A DNA stretch of 50,394 nt from an uncultured Candidatus Saccharibacteria bacterium (lineage in GTDB: Bacteria; Patescibacteriota; Minisyncoccia; Phycocordibacterales; XYD1-FULL-46-19), in the NCBI GenBank assembly GCA_964510655.1, contig CAZEAY010000001.1, forward strand, positions 344,330 to 394,723, read 5' to 3'. This document shows positions 1 to 7,976 of the stretch, piece by piece (the first letter of the stretch is position 1; each line of letters starts with the position of its first letter). The notes under the pieces were generated by a model. That model had not been told where the DNA came from. It saw nothing but the letters and a program-made list of their open reading frames with translations, and ran no database searches. A program made the translations under genes and the position numbers.

Positions 1-377
1 TTTACTCGAGCATCAATTCCTTCATATCGTCCAGAAATGAGAATGATATGTTTATAACTTTTACCCCATTTGATTGCTGTTTTATTATCAAATTGATGAC
101 CCCCAGGACTAAGGATTACAATTTTACATTTTTCATTTTTAATCTTTAATTTGATTTTTTCGACAGCCCTTAGTATTGGCTCAGCGAAAAAAACTAGTCC
201 CGGCCCTCCGCTATATGGTTTAAAATCTGTACGGCGGTGCTTATCTAAAGTAAAATCTCTAATATTTACCATATTAAATTTAACCAATTTAGATTCTTGT
301 GCCCGCTTTAAAATAGACTCATTCAGATATGAGTCAAAAATTTCTGGGAAAATTGTCAGTAGATGAAAGGTAACCAT
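1..377 (-). CDS. trmD: tRNA (guanine37-N1)-methyltransferase TrmD, N-terminal part (3' end runs off the window)
   Basis: Open at the window edge, so absent from the ORF track. My reverse translation from ATG 377-375 reads MVTFHLLTIFPEIFDSYLNESILKRAQ...DKHRRTDFKPYSGGPGLVFFAEPIL...ILSPGGHQFD...ILISGRYEGIDARV, which are TrmD hallmark blocks. Lies downstream of rpsP-khpA as in the classical operon. Confidence 0.8.
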   Translation of the reverse strand, partial: MVTFHLLTIFPEIFDSYLNESILKRAQESKLVKFNMVNIRDFTLDKHRRTDFKPYSGGPGLVFFAEPILRAVEKIKLKIKNEKCKIVILSPGGHQFDNKTAIKWGKSYKHIILISGRYEGIDARV

Positions 378-407
378 CGACTAATAATAACACATTTTTC
401 ACAAAAA

Positions 408-439
408 GAAAACCCCTCAATTGAGGGGTTTTCTTTTTT
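408..439. terminator. Bidirectional intrinsic terminator hairpin after khpA
   Basis: Perfect inverted repeat gaaaacccctcaa/ttgaggggttttc (408-433), flanked by an A-run (403-407) and a T-run (434-439). Confidence 0.6.
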
Positions 440-446
440 AAATTTT

Positions 447-809
447 CTATGAAAGATTCAAGTCTTGCATTGCCGCCTCAACCGAAGCAGAAGCGCTCCC
501 CATAGCAGGAGCACGAGTGCTACCTTCTGGTTCGCTAATCTTCAAGTTAACACGAGCGTTGTTTTTCATCCCCACAACTCGAAGTAAGGTTCTAATCGCT
601 TTGGCAGTATTGCCTTGACGACCGATAATCTTACCCATGTCAGCGGGATTAACGTCGAGGGTCATGAGAACACCCATTTCATCGACTTTGCGGTCAACTT
701 TAACGTTGTCCGGATAATCAACTAACGCCTTAACCAAATTCTCGAGAAATTCCTGATCTTTATATTCAGCCATCTTCTTAGAAAAGGTATAAACTGATAA
801 TTCTGTCAT
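447..809 (-). CDS. khpA: KH-domain RNA-binding protein (KhpA/YlqC family)
   Basis: KH core with the GxxG motif (MGKIIGRQGNTAKAIRTLL) and position between rpsP and trmD. Alternative start ATG 773 (MAEYKDQEFLENLV...) aligns better with the family N-terminus. TTGACA-17-TACCAT lies upstream of 809. Confidence 0.85.
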   Translation of the reverse strand: MTELSVYTFSKKMAEYKDQEFLENLVKALVDYPDNVKVDRKVDEMGVLMTLDVNPADMGKIIGRQGNTAKAIRTLLRVVGMKNNARVNLKISEPEGSTRAPAMGSASASVEAAMQDLNLS

Positions 810-864
810 TCGACCTTACACAAATGGTAATTTAATTAAAATACTTTGTCAAAGCAGAAAAGCT

Positions 865-1671
865 TTATTTTACTAACAGTGTCCCAGCGGTTTGATTGAC
901 AACCGTACTAGTAGAAACTCCCAATTCTGTACTAGTGGCAACTAAATCTAAAGCTCCCAAAGTTGAAGTACTGTTTCCTAGCGAAATAGGAGTAGAAGAA
1001 GCTTTGATAAATTTAAAAGTCGTTAACATTTTGTCAAAAACAACTTTAGCGGGGCCAGATGGAACATCCGCACTGAAATTGGCTTCCGCCATAATAGTAG
1101 TTGAGCCTTGAGTAAAAATTATCTTCTCAGTTGACCCACCTCCAAACTTATCATTGTCGGTTTTACTTGAATGTAAAATATATTCTACCGTACTAGAACC
1201 AATCTTTTTAGTGGAGGTACTGATCTTATTAAGATACTTATCGGGATTCATATACATATCATCAAGTGAGGCCGGACGGAAAAAGATCGCCGAATCTTGC
1301 ACCGATAAAGCAACTGAAGACATTTCGGGTTTTAAAATTTTCTTTAAAAAGTCTTCTCGCGAAACCCGTACAAAAGCGTCAGTATTACGATACTCTGGCA
1401 CGACAGAAAAGATGGTTGTGGTACCAAAATCACGAGGGTATTCTACTTCATAGCCTAAAGTGGAACTAGCATAAGTTTTCCAAACCTCTCCGGTGCTGGT
1501 GGCCTTAATAGCCACGGGTTTTACCAATTCTATTTTACTGGCAACAATATCTGTAACCTGTTTTTGCAGGTCTTTAACTACCCCAAAAAGTCCACTAAAA
1601 ATAGAGGCACTGGCCGCTGTCGGTAAGACAAGAACAGCAATAATAGCAACAATAGTGAGATTTTTTTTCAT
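865..1671 (-). CDS. Hypothetical secreted protein (268 aa, N-terminal signal peptide)
   Basis: MKKNLTIVAIIAVLVLPTAASA signal-like N-terminus; GAGGA SD about 9 nt before the ATG; no family recognised. Occupies the slot where rimM usually sits. Confidence 0.6.
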   Translation of the reverse strand: MKKNLTIVAIIAVLVLPTAASASIFSGLFGVVKDLQKQVTDIVASKIELVKPVAIKATSTGEVWKTYASSTLGYEVEYPRDFGTTTIFSVVPEYRNTDAFVRVSREDFLKKILKPEMSSVALSVQDSAIFFRPASLDDMYMNPDKYLNKISTSTKKIGSSTVEYILHSSKTDNDKFGGGSTEKIIFTQGSTTIMAEANFSADVPSGPAKVVFDKMLTTFKFIKASSTPISLGNSTSTLGALDLVATSTELGVSTSTVVNQTAGTLLVK

Positions 1672-1774
1672 AATTTTGAGTCCTCTGTCCTAGGCAAAGG
1701 CTTGTCTTTAATTGTAGCACAGATTTAGATAAAATAACAGGTGTCTACTAGTTTTAGGGCACAAGCAAAGTTCT

Positions 1775-1828
1775 CCTATAAACAACAAAAAAACCAAGTT
1801 TTAACTTGGTTTTTTTGTTGTTTATAGG
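1775..1828 (-). terminator. Long perfect hairpin terminator downstream of rpsP
   Basis: 54-nt palindrome cctataaacaacaaaaaaaccaagtt..aacttggtttttttgttgtttatagg, with T-runs inside and after the stem. Starts 27 nt after the rpsP stop. Confidence 0.75.
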
Positions 1829-1854
1829 TTTAAAATTTACTGTGGATATCTCAA

Positions 1855-2286
1855 TTAGGCAGCTACCTCCTCGGCTGGGGTCTCAGCAACCTCTTCGGTT
1901 GGAGCGGCGGCTTCTTCAGACGCGATCATTTCTTCCGCCTGGGCAGGAGTAATTTCATCGTCTTTCTTTTCTTCCACCTTAGGAGTTTCCGCCAAAACTT
2001 CAGCAGCGGCCTTAGCCGGCTTAACTGGAACGACATCGATAGTCTTACCATCGATAATTTTAGCCTTAACTAATAGATTATGAACAGTGTCAGAAACCTG
2101 AGCGCCGTCCTTAATCCACTTCTGGATTCTCTCAGCCTTAAATTCTGGCTTACCTTGGCGAGCGTCATAGTTACCGACAATTTCTAAAAACTTACCAGTC
2201 TTAGCAGAATTTTTGGAATCAGTAACAATCACCCGAAAAGATGGGTCATTCGTTCGTCCAACGCGCTGTAATCGAATTATTAACAT
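1855..2286 (-). CDS. rpsP: 30S ribosomal protein S16 with Ala/Glu-rich C-terminal extension
   Basis: MLIIRLQRVGRTNDPSFRVIVTDS...GNYDAR...KWIKDGAQVSDTVHNLL is canonical S16. Confidence 0.95.
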   Translation of the reverse strand: MLIIRLQRVGRTNDPSFRVIVTDSKNSAKTGKFLEIVGNYDARQGKPEFKAERIQKWIKDGAQVSDTVHNLLVKAKIIDGKTIDVVPVKPAKAAAEVLAETPKVEEKKDDEITPAQAEEMIASEEAAAPTEEVAETPAEEVAA

Positions 2287-2295
2287 GATGGAAAT

Positions 2296-2323
2296 ATCTT
2301 ATCAGGTTTATGACAAAAGTCAA
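2296..2323 (-). promoter_or_regulatory. rpsP promoter, leaderless geometry
   Basis: On the minus strand: TTGACT (2323-2318), 16 nt, TAAGAT (2301-2296), then 9 nt (atttccatc) to the ATG. No SD. Confidence 0.5.
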
Positions 2324-2498
2324 ACCTCGCTCGCCTCGCCATTCGAGGAAGACACATATTTTTCTGCTGAAAAATTGTTCACTCTCGCGGTCTTCACAGC
2401 TCCGAGGGCATCCACAAAGGCGTTGGCTCACTCACACTCAAAATACAAAATTCGAACATTTAATGGAAAAAGTGGCAATAGTATGATAAACTAACAAA

Positions 2499-4496
2499 AT
2501 GTTTGAGAAAAATAAAAAAAATAAAAAATCAAAACCCCTCCCCGAAATAACTGGACCAATTCGAGTCTCTCCTCGTGGCGAAGGAAGTTTTGTCTTACCT
2601 AATGGTAATTTAGTCACTATTGAAACTGTCGATCTGAATACCGCTCTTGATGGAGACACTGTTTCTATTCTTCCCCATGGAACCAAACCAAACTCTAAAG
2701 CAGAAGTAACTAAAGTTATTACCCGCAAACGTCTAGAATTTGTCGGTATCATAGAAGAAACGAATGGCGTATTTTTTGTCACCCCAGAAGATCGCCGTGT
2801 TTACGTCGACATTTTAGTGATGCCCGAAAAAGTGGGTGGCGCTAAAAATAGCCTGCCTGCGCGGTCAGGTGACAAAGTGTTAGTAAAAATTATTGAATGG
2901 TCAGACCCTAAAAAAGACCCCTTGGGAGAAATCGTCAAAGTCATCGGTCGGCCCGGTGACAACGATGTGGAAATGGAAAGTATAATCCTAGAAAAAGGTT
3001 TTCGGCCAGAATTTCCACCTGAAGTAGAATCCGAAGCTGAAGCCGCCAGAAAACGTGCCCTTGATGATTTTTCAAAAGAATTGACGGTTCGTCGAGATTT
3101 CCGCGGAATTCCGACCTTTACCATTGACCCAATTGACGCGAAAGATTACGACGACGCCTTATCGTTCAAAAAATTACCAACTGGCCATTTTGAGGTCGGC
3201 GTCCATATCGCCGATGTCTCATTTTTTGTGCGTCCAGGAACTGTTTTGGATACTGAAGCGCAGAAACGCGCTACCTCTATTTATTTAGTCGATCGGACTA
3301 TTCCTATGTTACCAGAAGTTCTCTCCAATGGTGAATGTAGTCTCGTAGAAGGCAAAGACCGCTTTGCTTTTTCCGCCGTTTTCGAAATGACTCCAGATGG
3401 CAACATTATAAAAGATTGGTTTGGAAAATCGATTATCAACTCTTCTAAACGTTTTGCTTATGAACAGGTACAAGACATTTTAGATTCACCCGCCAAAATT
3501 TTGTCGGAACAAAATTTAGGAGGGCAAGAGGGTGGACAATATTTTGAAGAATTAAATACTCTAAACAAACTTGCTTACAAATTACGCGAGCAAAAAATCG
3601 ATGCCGGTGCTCTATCTTTTGAAGATGAGGAGGTAAAATTTAAACTAGATGAAAACGGCAAACCAATCGACATCACCAAAAAAGAAAGGACGGATTCTCA
3701 TAAATTGATCGAGGATTTTATGCTGTTAGCCAACAAACGAGTAGCCGAATATGTTTCTAAGTTAGTTAAAAACCAGCCTTTTACTTTTGTTTATCGCATT
3801 CACGAATCTCCCGATTCAGAAAAAATGCGAGCTCTACAAGACTTTCTCCAACCCCTCGGATATAAATTAGAATTTAATGGCAAACAGGTGAGCTCAACCG
3901 AGTTAAACAAATTACTAGACAGTTCAGTTGGTCAACCCGAAGAAAATATTATCCAACGAGCCACGATCAGAACAATGCAGAAGGCGATTTATTCCACCAA
4001 AAATGTCGGACACTTTGGCCTGGCTTTCCCCCACTATACTCACTTTACTTCACCCATTCGTCGCTACCCCGATTTAATGGTTCATCGCCTCTTAGAAATA
4101 TATTTGTCTGGAAAAAAACCATCAAATGAAATGCTGTCACAATACACAGAATTAGTAATCCACTGCTCAGCGATGGAAAAGCTAGCTGCCGAAGCTGAGC
4201 GTGATTCAATTAAATATAAACAGGTAGAGTATCTGCAAGATAAAATTGGAGAAATTTTTCAAGGGGTTATTTCTGGAGTAACAGAATGGGGTATGTATGT
4301 CGAAGAATTGGAAACTAAGGCCGATGGACTAGTGCGCATGGCCGATTTAAAAGATGATTACTATCAACTGGATCAGAAAAATTTTGCCATTGTCGGAGAA
4401 AAACTTAAAAAACGTTATCGCCTAGGTGACGTTATAAATGTTCGACTGAAAAAAGTAGATCTGAACAGAAAAATAATTGATTTCGAATTAGTATAA
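2499..4496 (+). CDS. rnr: Ribonuclease R / RNase II family 3'-5' exoribonuclease
   Basis: RNB catalytic block (FTIDPIDAKDYDDALS, IYLVDRTIPMLP, HFGLAFPHYTHFTSPIRRYPDLMVHR) and a C-terminal S1 domain (GVISGVTEWGMYVEL). Confidence 0.9.
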   Translation: MFEKNKKNKKSKPLPEITGPIRVSPRGEGSFVLPNGNLVTIETVDLNTALDGDTVSILPHGTKPNSKAEVTKVITRKRLEFVGIIEETNGVFFVTPEDRRVYVDILVMPEKVGGAKNSLPARSGDKVLVKIIEWSDPKKDPLGEIVKVIGRPGDNDVEMESIILEKGFRPEFPPEVESEAEAARKRALDDFSKELTVRRDFRGIPTFTIDPIDAKDYDDALSFKKLPTGHFEVGVHIADVSFFVRPGTVLDTEAQKRATSIYLVDRTIPMLPEVLSNGECSLVEGKDRFAFSAVFEMTPDGNIIKDWFGKSIINSSKRFAYEQVQDILDSPAKILSEQNLGGQEGGQYFEELNTLNKLAYKLREQKIDAGALSFEDEEVKFKLDENGKPIDITKKERTDSHKLIEDFMLLANKRVAEYVSKLVKNQPFTFVYRIHESPDSEKMRALQDFLQPLGYKLEFNGKQVSSTELNKLLDSSVGQPEENIIQRATIRTMQKAIYSTKNVGHFGLAFPHYTHFTSPIRRYPDLMVHRLLEIYLSGKKPSNEMLSQYTELVIHCSAMEKLAAEAERDSIKYKQVEYLQDKIGEIFQGVISGVTEWGMYVEELETKADGLVRMADLKDDYYQLDQKNFAIVGEKLKKRYRLGDVINVRLKKVDLNRKIIDFELV

Positions 4497-4501
4497 AAAA
4501 T

Positions 4502-4531
4502 GACCCGACAGACAAGCTGCCGGGTCGTTTT
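4502..4531. terminator. Bidirectional terminator shared by rnr (+) and the small GC-rich ORF (-)
   Basis: gacccg acagacaagctg cgggtc stem (4502-4526), with T-runs on both strands. Confidence 0.7.
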
Positions 4532-4563
4532 CTGATTGGAAAAACACTAATATCCCATCAAGG

Positions 4564-4749
4564 TCAACTATGGTTACCGCGCTCCGAGTACACGACGCCA
4601 GCATTCTGCTGAGCTCGCCTCAAAATAGCAAGCTGCTCGGGAGTGGGTGAACCACCCTTTTTGGGACGTGCCATCTTAGGCACACCACCAGAAGTCTCAG
4701 CCGTCGCCGGGGACGGAGGATGGACAGAATTCTGCGGGGACTGGGACAT
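4564..4749 (-). CDS. Hypothetical small protein (61 aa, Pro/Ser/Gly-rich, basic centre), GC-richer orphan cassette 1
   Basis: AGGAG sits 8 nt before ATG 4749 (MSQSPQNSVHPP...ARPKKGGSPTPEQLAILRRAQQ...). Own promoter and terminator. The track start 4782 lacks an SD. No family recognised. Confidence 0.45.
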   Translation of the reverse strand: MSQSPQNSVHPPSPATAETSGGVPKMARPKKGGSPTPEQLAILRRAQQNAGVVYSERGNHS

Positions 4750-4803
4750 AATACCAACTCCTAAATGAACTAGGTAGGGCACGCCGGAAACGTTCCTTCT
4801 AAT

Positions 4804-4832
4804 GTTATATTCCTCTCATAAAAAAGTGTCAA
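4804..4832 (-). promoter_or_regulatory. Consensus sigma70-type promoter of cassette 1
   Basis: TTGACA (4832-4827), 17 nt, TATAAC (4809-4804), followed by a leader of about 50 nt with an SD. Confidence 0.6.
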
Positions 4833-4866
4833 CAAAAAAATGTGTACAAAATCCTTATCTGCGTAT

Positions 4867-7113
4867 CTATTTAGCATAAGCTTCCGCTTCATCGAACTTA
4901 ATCGAGAGCATTTTTGATACTCCATCCCCACCCATCGTAATGCCGTAGATAATACTGGCGCGCGACATAGTTTCACGATTATGAGTAATCAAGATCAATT
5001 GAGAATACTTAGATAGGTTTTCAATCATATCACCGTACTTACGAGAATTAGCCTCATCCAGCGCCGCATCAGTTTCATCTAGAATAAGAAAAGGTGGCGG
5101 ATTGACCTGAGACATAGCAAACAAAAGAGCAATCGAGGTTAAAGCTCTTTCTCCACCAGACAACATTTGTAAACCCTTAATTTTTTTGCGGGGCAAACTA
5201 ACATTAATATCAATTCCCTCCTTTGGCACGTCATAGCCTTCAGCAAAGACGGCGGGCAAACTATTTAACTCTTCTTCTCCTTCTTCTGTTTCGGCCCGTT
5301 TCTTTTTTTCGGGGGCAATAATTTCCAAGGTAGCTTCGCCACCATCAAACATTAAAACAAAAAACTTCTTAAATTCTTTATTTATTTTAACAATTCCTTC
5401 TTTAAAATCAGTGGTTAATCGATCTTTTAGATCTTTGATTACTACCTTCAAATCATCTTTACTCTTAAGAAGATCATTGTGCTCCCGTTCCAAATAAGAA
5501 TCACGCTCCATTGTTTCTTTATACTCTTCCAAGACATCTGTCCCCTCCAAACCCATATCTTCTAAGCGAATTTTCAATCGCTCGATATACCGTCGCTTCG
5601 TTTCTTGATTCTCTCGATCAGAGAGAGGTGAATAACCAGCTTCCAAAACAAATTCGGTATATCTTAAAACTTCGCGGTTCACTAAAACAATCGCCTCTCC
5701 GATTTCTGTCTTAAAAGCAGTTTCTTCAATAATCAAACGCTCTTCTCGTGCTTTAATGGCTTCCAACTGAGAGCGTAATTCACTACGTCGGCCTCGCAAC
5801 TCAAAAACCTCGCGCTCCGCTCCCCGTGTTGTTTCTTTAACAGTCTCAATTTCCTTCTTTCGAGTCTCATACAAAGACCGCAGGTTTGCCTCTTCTTGAT
5901 TTAGGGTATTTATTTCAGCCTCAAGTTTTTTCTGTTCATCACGTAATCTATTTACTTCCGACTCCAAGTGATCGAGTGATGGACCAGCCGGAGCGTGGTG
6001 TTCACTCCGAAAACGATTAAGGAGATTTTTTATCTGCCCAACAACTTCTCGCACAGACTCCAAACTCTGACTTTCTTCTGCTTCGGCCAAAAAGGAATTA
6101 AGATTCTCCATTAAATCCTCTACCTTACCGTAGTCAATCAAGTGAGCAGCTACCTCCTCAGGATTAGCCAATTTTTCACCCTTTATTTCAATCATTCCTT
6201 CAAGGCGTCCGAGACTTCGAGCCAGTTCATCTTTCTTACTACGATTTTGTCTTAATTTATTTTCAATCTCACCCAATTCCCGTGTCTGATCTGGTGACAC
6301 TACATGAGACAAAGCTTGTTCTACCTGTCTTAATTTTTCTTCCAGCTCCAACAATTCAGCCGTCGGACCATCTTTTTCATTTTTTATTTTTGCCCGAAAT
6401 TCTTGCAAATAAACTTCTTCTTTTTTTAAATATTCTGCATAAAGACCTTTCAACTCTTTACGCATTTCATCAGCCTTTTCAATTTTTTCTACTTGTTTTT
6501 TTAAAAATTTTAAATGAGGGGCAATTTCCCGACGCAAAGATTCTACCTGTTTAATATTTTCTTCAGTCTTAGCCAGCTTCTTTTCACTTTCTTCAATTTT
6601 CCACTGAAAAAGTCTCAATCCCAAAGCTTCTTCAATCATCGAACGACGTTCGTAAATATTGGCATTTAAAATCCGATCGGCTTCCCCTTGGTTAATAATA
6701 TGATGCCCTGTCGAACCTAAAGAAACTGAGGACAATAGTTCGTAAACATCTTTCAAACGAACCTTCGTGCCATTAACCAAATATTCATTTGTTCCATCGC
6801 GAAAAACCTCTCGCGTAATGACGACTTCGTCATAATCCATCGGAAACTTTTTCTCCGAGTTATCAAAAGCCACAGACACCGAAGCTCGCGACAAACGACC
6901 AGAAGAACCAGCTCCATTGAAAATAAGGTCTTCTCCCCTTTTACCACGCAAAGATTTTAAGGACTGCTCACCCAACCCCCAACGGAAAGCCTCCGCCACA
7001 TTGGACTTACCAGAGCCATTAGGTCCGACAATTGAAGTAATTGGGGCGTCAAAGAGAAGCGTCGTTTTTCGCGCAAAGGATTTAAACCCCGATAATTCCA
7101 GACGTTTAAGCAT
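4867..7113 (-). CDS. smc: SMC-type chromosome condensation ATPase, unusually short (748 aa, no recognisable hinge)
   Basis: MLKRLELSGFKSFA...GPNGSGKSN (Walker A), LSGGERALTSIALLFA (signature) and FLILDETDAALD (Walker B). Heptad-rich middle. Directly downstream of rnc, as in many bacteria. Confidence 0.85.
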   Translation of the reverse strand: MLKRLELSGFKSFARKTTLLFDAPITSIVGPNGSGKSNVAEAFRWGLGEQSLKSLRGKRGEDLIFNGAGSSGRLSRASVSVAFDNSEKKFPMDYDEVVITREVFRDGTNEYLVNGTKVRLKDVYELLSSVSLGSTGHHIINQGEADRILNANIYERRSMIEEALGLRLFQWKIEESEKKLAKTEENIKQVESLRREIAPHLKFLKKQVEKIEKADEMRKELKGLYAEYLKKEEVYLQEFRAKIKNEKDGPTAELLELEEKLRQVEQALSHVVSPDQTRELGEIENKLRQNRSKKDELARSLGRLEGMIEIKGEKLANPEEVAAHLIDYGKVEDLMENLNSFLAEAEESQSLESVREVVGQIKNLLNRFRSEHHAPAGPSLDHLESEVNRLRDEQKKLEAEINTLNQEEANLRSLYETRKKEIETVKETTRGAEREVFELRGRRSELRSQLEAIKAREERLIIEETAFKTEIGEAIVLVNREVLRYTEFVLEAGYSPLSDRENQETKRRYIERLKIRLEDMGLEGTDVLEEYKETMERDSYLEREHNDLLKSKDDLKVVIKDLKDRLTTDFKEGIVKINKEFKKFFVLMFDGGEATLEIIAPEKKKRAETEEGEEELNSLPAVFAEGYDVPKEGIDINVSLPRKKIKGLQMLSGGERALTSIALLFAMSQVNPPPFLILDETDAALDEANSRKYGDMIENLSKYSQLILITHNRETMSRASIIYGITMGGDGVSKMLSIKFDEAEAYAK

Positions 7114-7196
7114 TTACAAACAATTATAGATTAAAAATTAGAAATTAAAAAATAAAATCTATCTCCATTTCTAATTTAGAATTATTAATTTTTTAA

Positions 7197-7889
7197 TTAA
7201 TTCCCCCACCCCTTTTCTTCCAATCCTTTTCTGGCGGCTTCTTGTTCCGCTTCTTGTTTAGATCGTCCTTCACCGGTGGAAATCTGTTCATCACCCAAAA
7301 ACAGACCGACGGTAAAACGCTTATTATGATCCGGGCCGATTTCGTTTAAAATACGATAATTTGGCGTGATACCGATAATTTCTTGAGCCTTTTCTTGAAA
7401 AAAGCTTTTAGCATCTTGCCATAATTTTTCGGAAACAATGCGATCGGTAATAGGTAGAAGATTATCAACAATAAATCCTCGGGCTACCTCATAGCCTTGA
7501 TCAAGATAAATTGCCCCCACTAATGCCTCAAAAGCATTGGCTAAAATAATTTGTCGTGCCCGACCAACATCTTTAGACTCACCTTTGGACAAATACATAA
7601 AACTATTCATCTCCAGACTACTAGCCACAAGAGCCATAGTATTAGCATTAACCAAAGCCGCCCGATAGGCCGTCAACTCTCCTTCGGCAGTGGCGACAAA
7701 TTTATGATACAAAAAATCTGTAACCGCAATTTCTACCACCGCATCACCTAAAAACTCTAGGCGTTCATTATGTTCGACATCCAAATCTTTATGCTCATTC
7801 AAATAAGAGCGGTGCATAAAGGCTTGCTTGAGTAAATTTTTATCTTTAAACGTAATCTTTATTTTTTCTTCAAATTTACTGAGGTCCAT
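7197..7889 (-). CDS. rnc: Ribonuclease III
   Basis: ERLEFLGDAVV signature, FEALVGAIYLD, and a C-terminal dsRBD (GPDHNKRFTV...GEGRSKQEAEQEAA). ATG 7889 (MDLSKFEEK...) is preferred over the TTG at 7910 used by the track. Confidence 0.9.
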   Translation of the reverse strand: MDLSKFEEKIKITFKDKNLLKQAFMHRSYLNEHKDLDVEHNERLEFLGDAVVEIAVTDFLYHKFVATAEGELTAYRAALVNANTMALVASSLEMNSFMYLSKGESKDVGRARQIILANAFEALVGAIYLDQGYEVARGFIVDNLLPITDRIVSEKLWQDAKSFFQEKAQEIIGITPNYRILNEIGPDHNKRFTVGLFLGDEQISTGEGRSKQEAEQEAARKGLEEKGWGN

Positions 7890-7908
7890 ATTTTTAATTC
7901 GAAATTTC

Positions 7909-7976
7909 AAATGTCAAAAGTCAAATGGGATTTCAAATGTTTTTTATTTGAAATTTGACATCTGACATTTGTAATT
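7909..7976. repeat. Palindromic intergenic element, copy 1 (nusB/rnc spacer)
   Basis: Imperfect palindrome built from GTCAAAT/ATTTGAC units. Shares an exact 19-mer aaatgtcaaaagtcaaatg, plus tttgaaattt and catttgtaatt, with copy 2 at 23958-24026. Confidence 0.7.

Noticed and set aside
151-366. 71-aa plus-strand ORF at the window start
   Set aside because: It is entirely antisense to the well-supported trmD reading frame, and it uses a TTG start.
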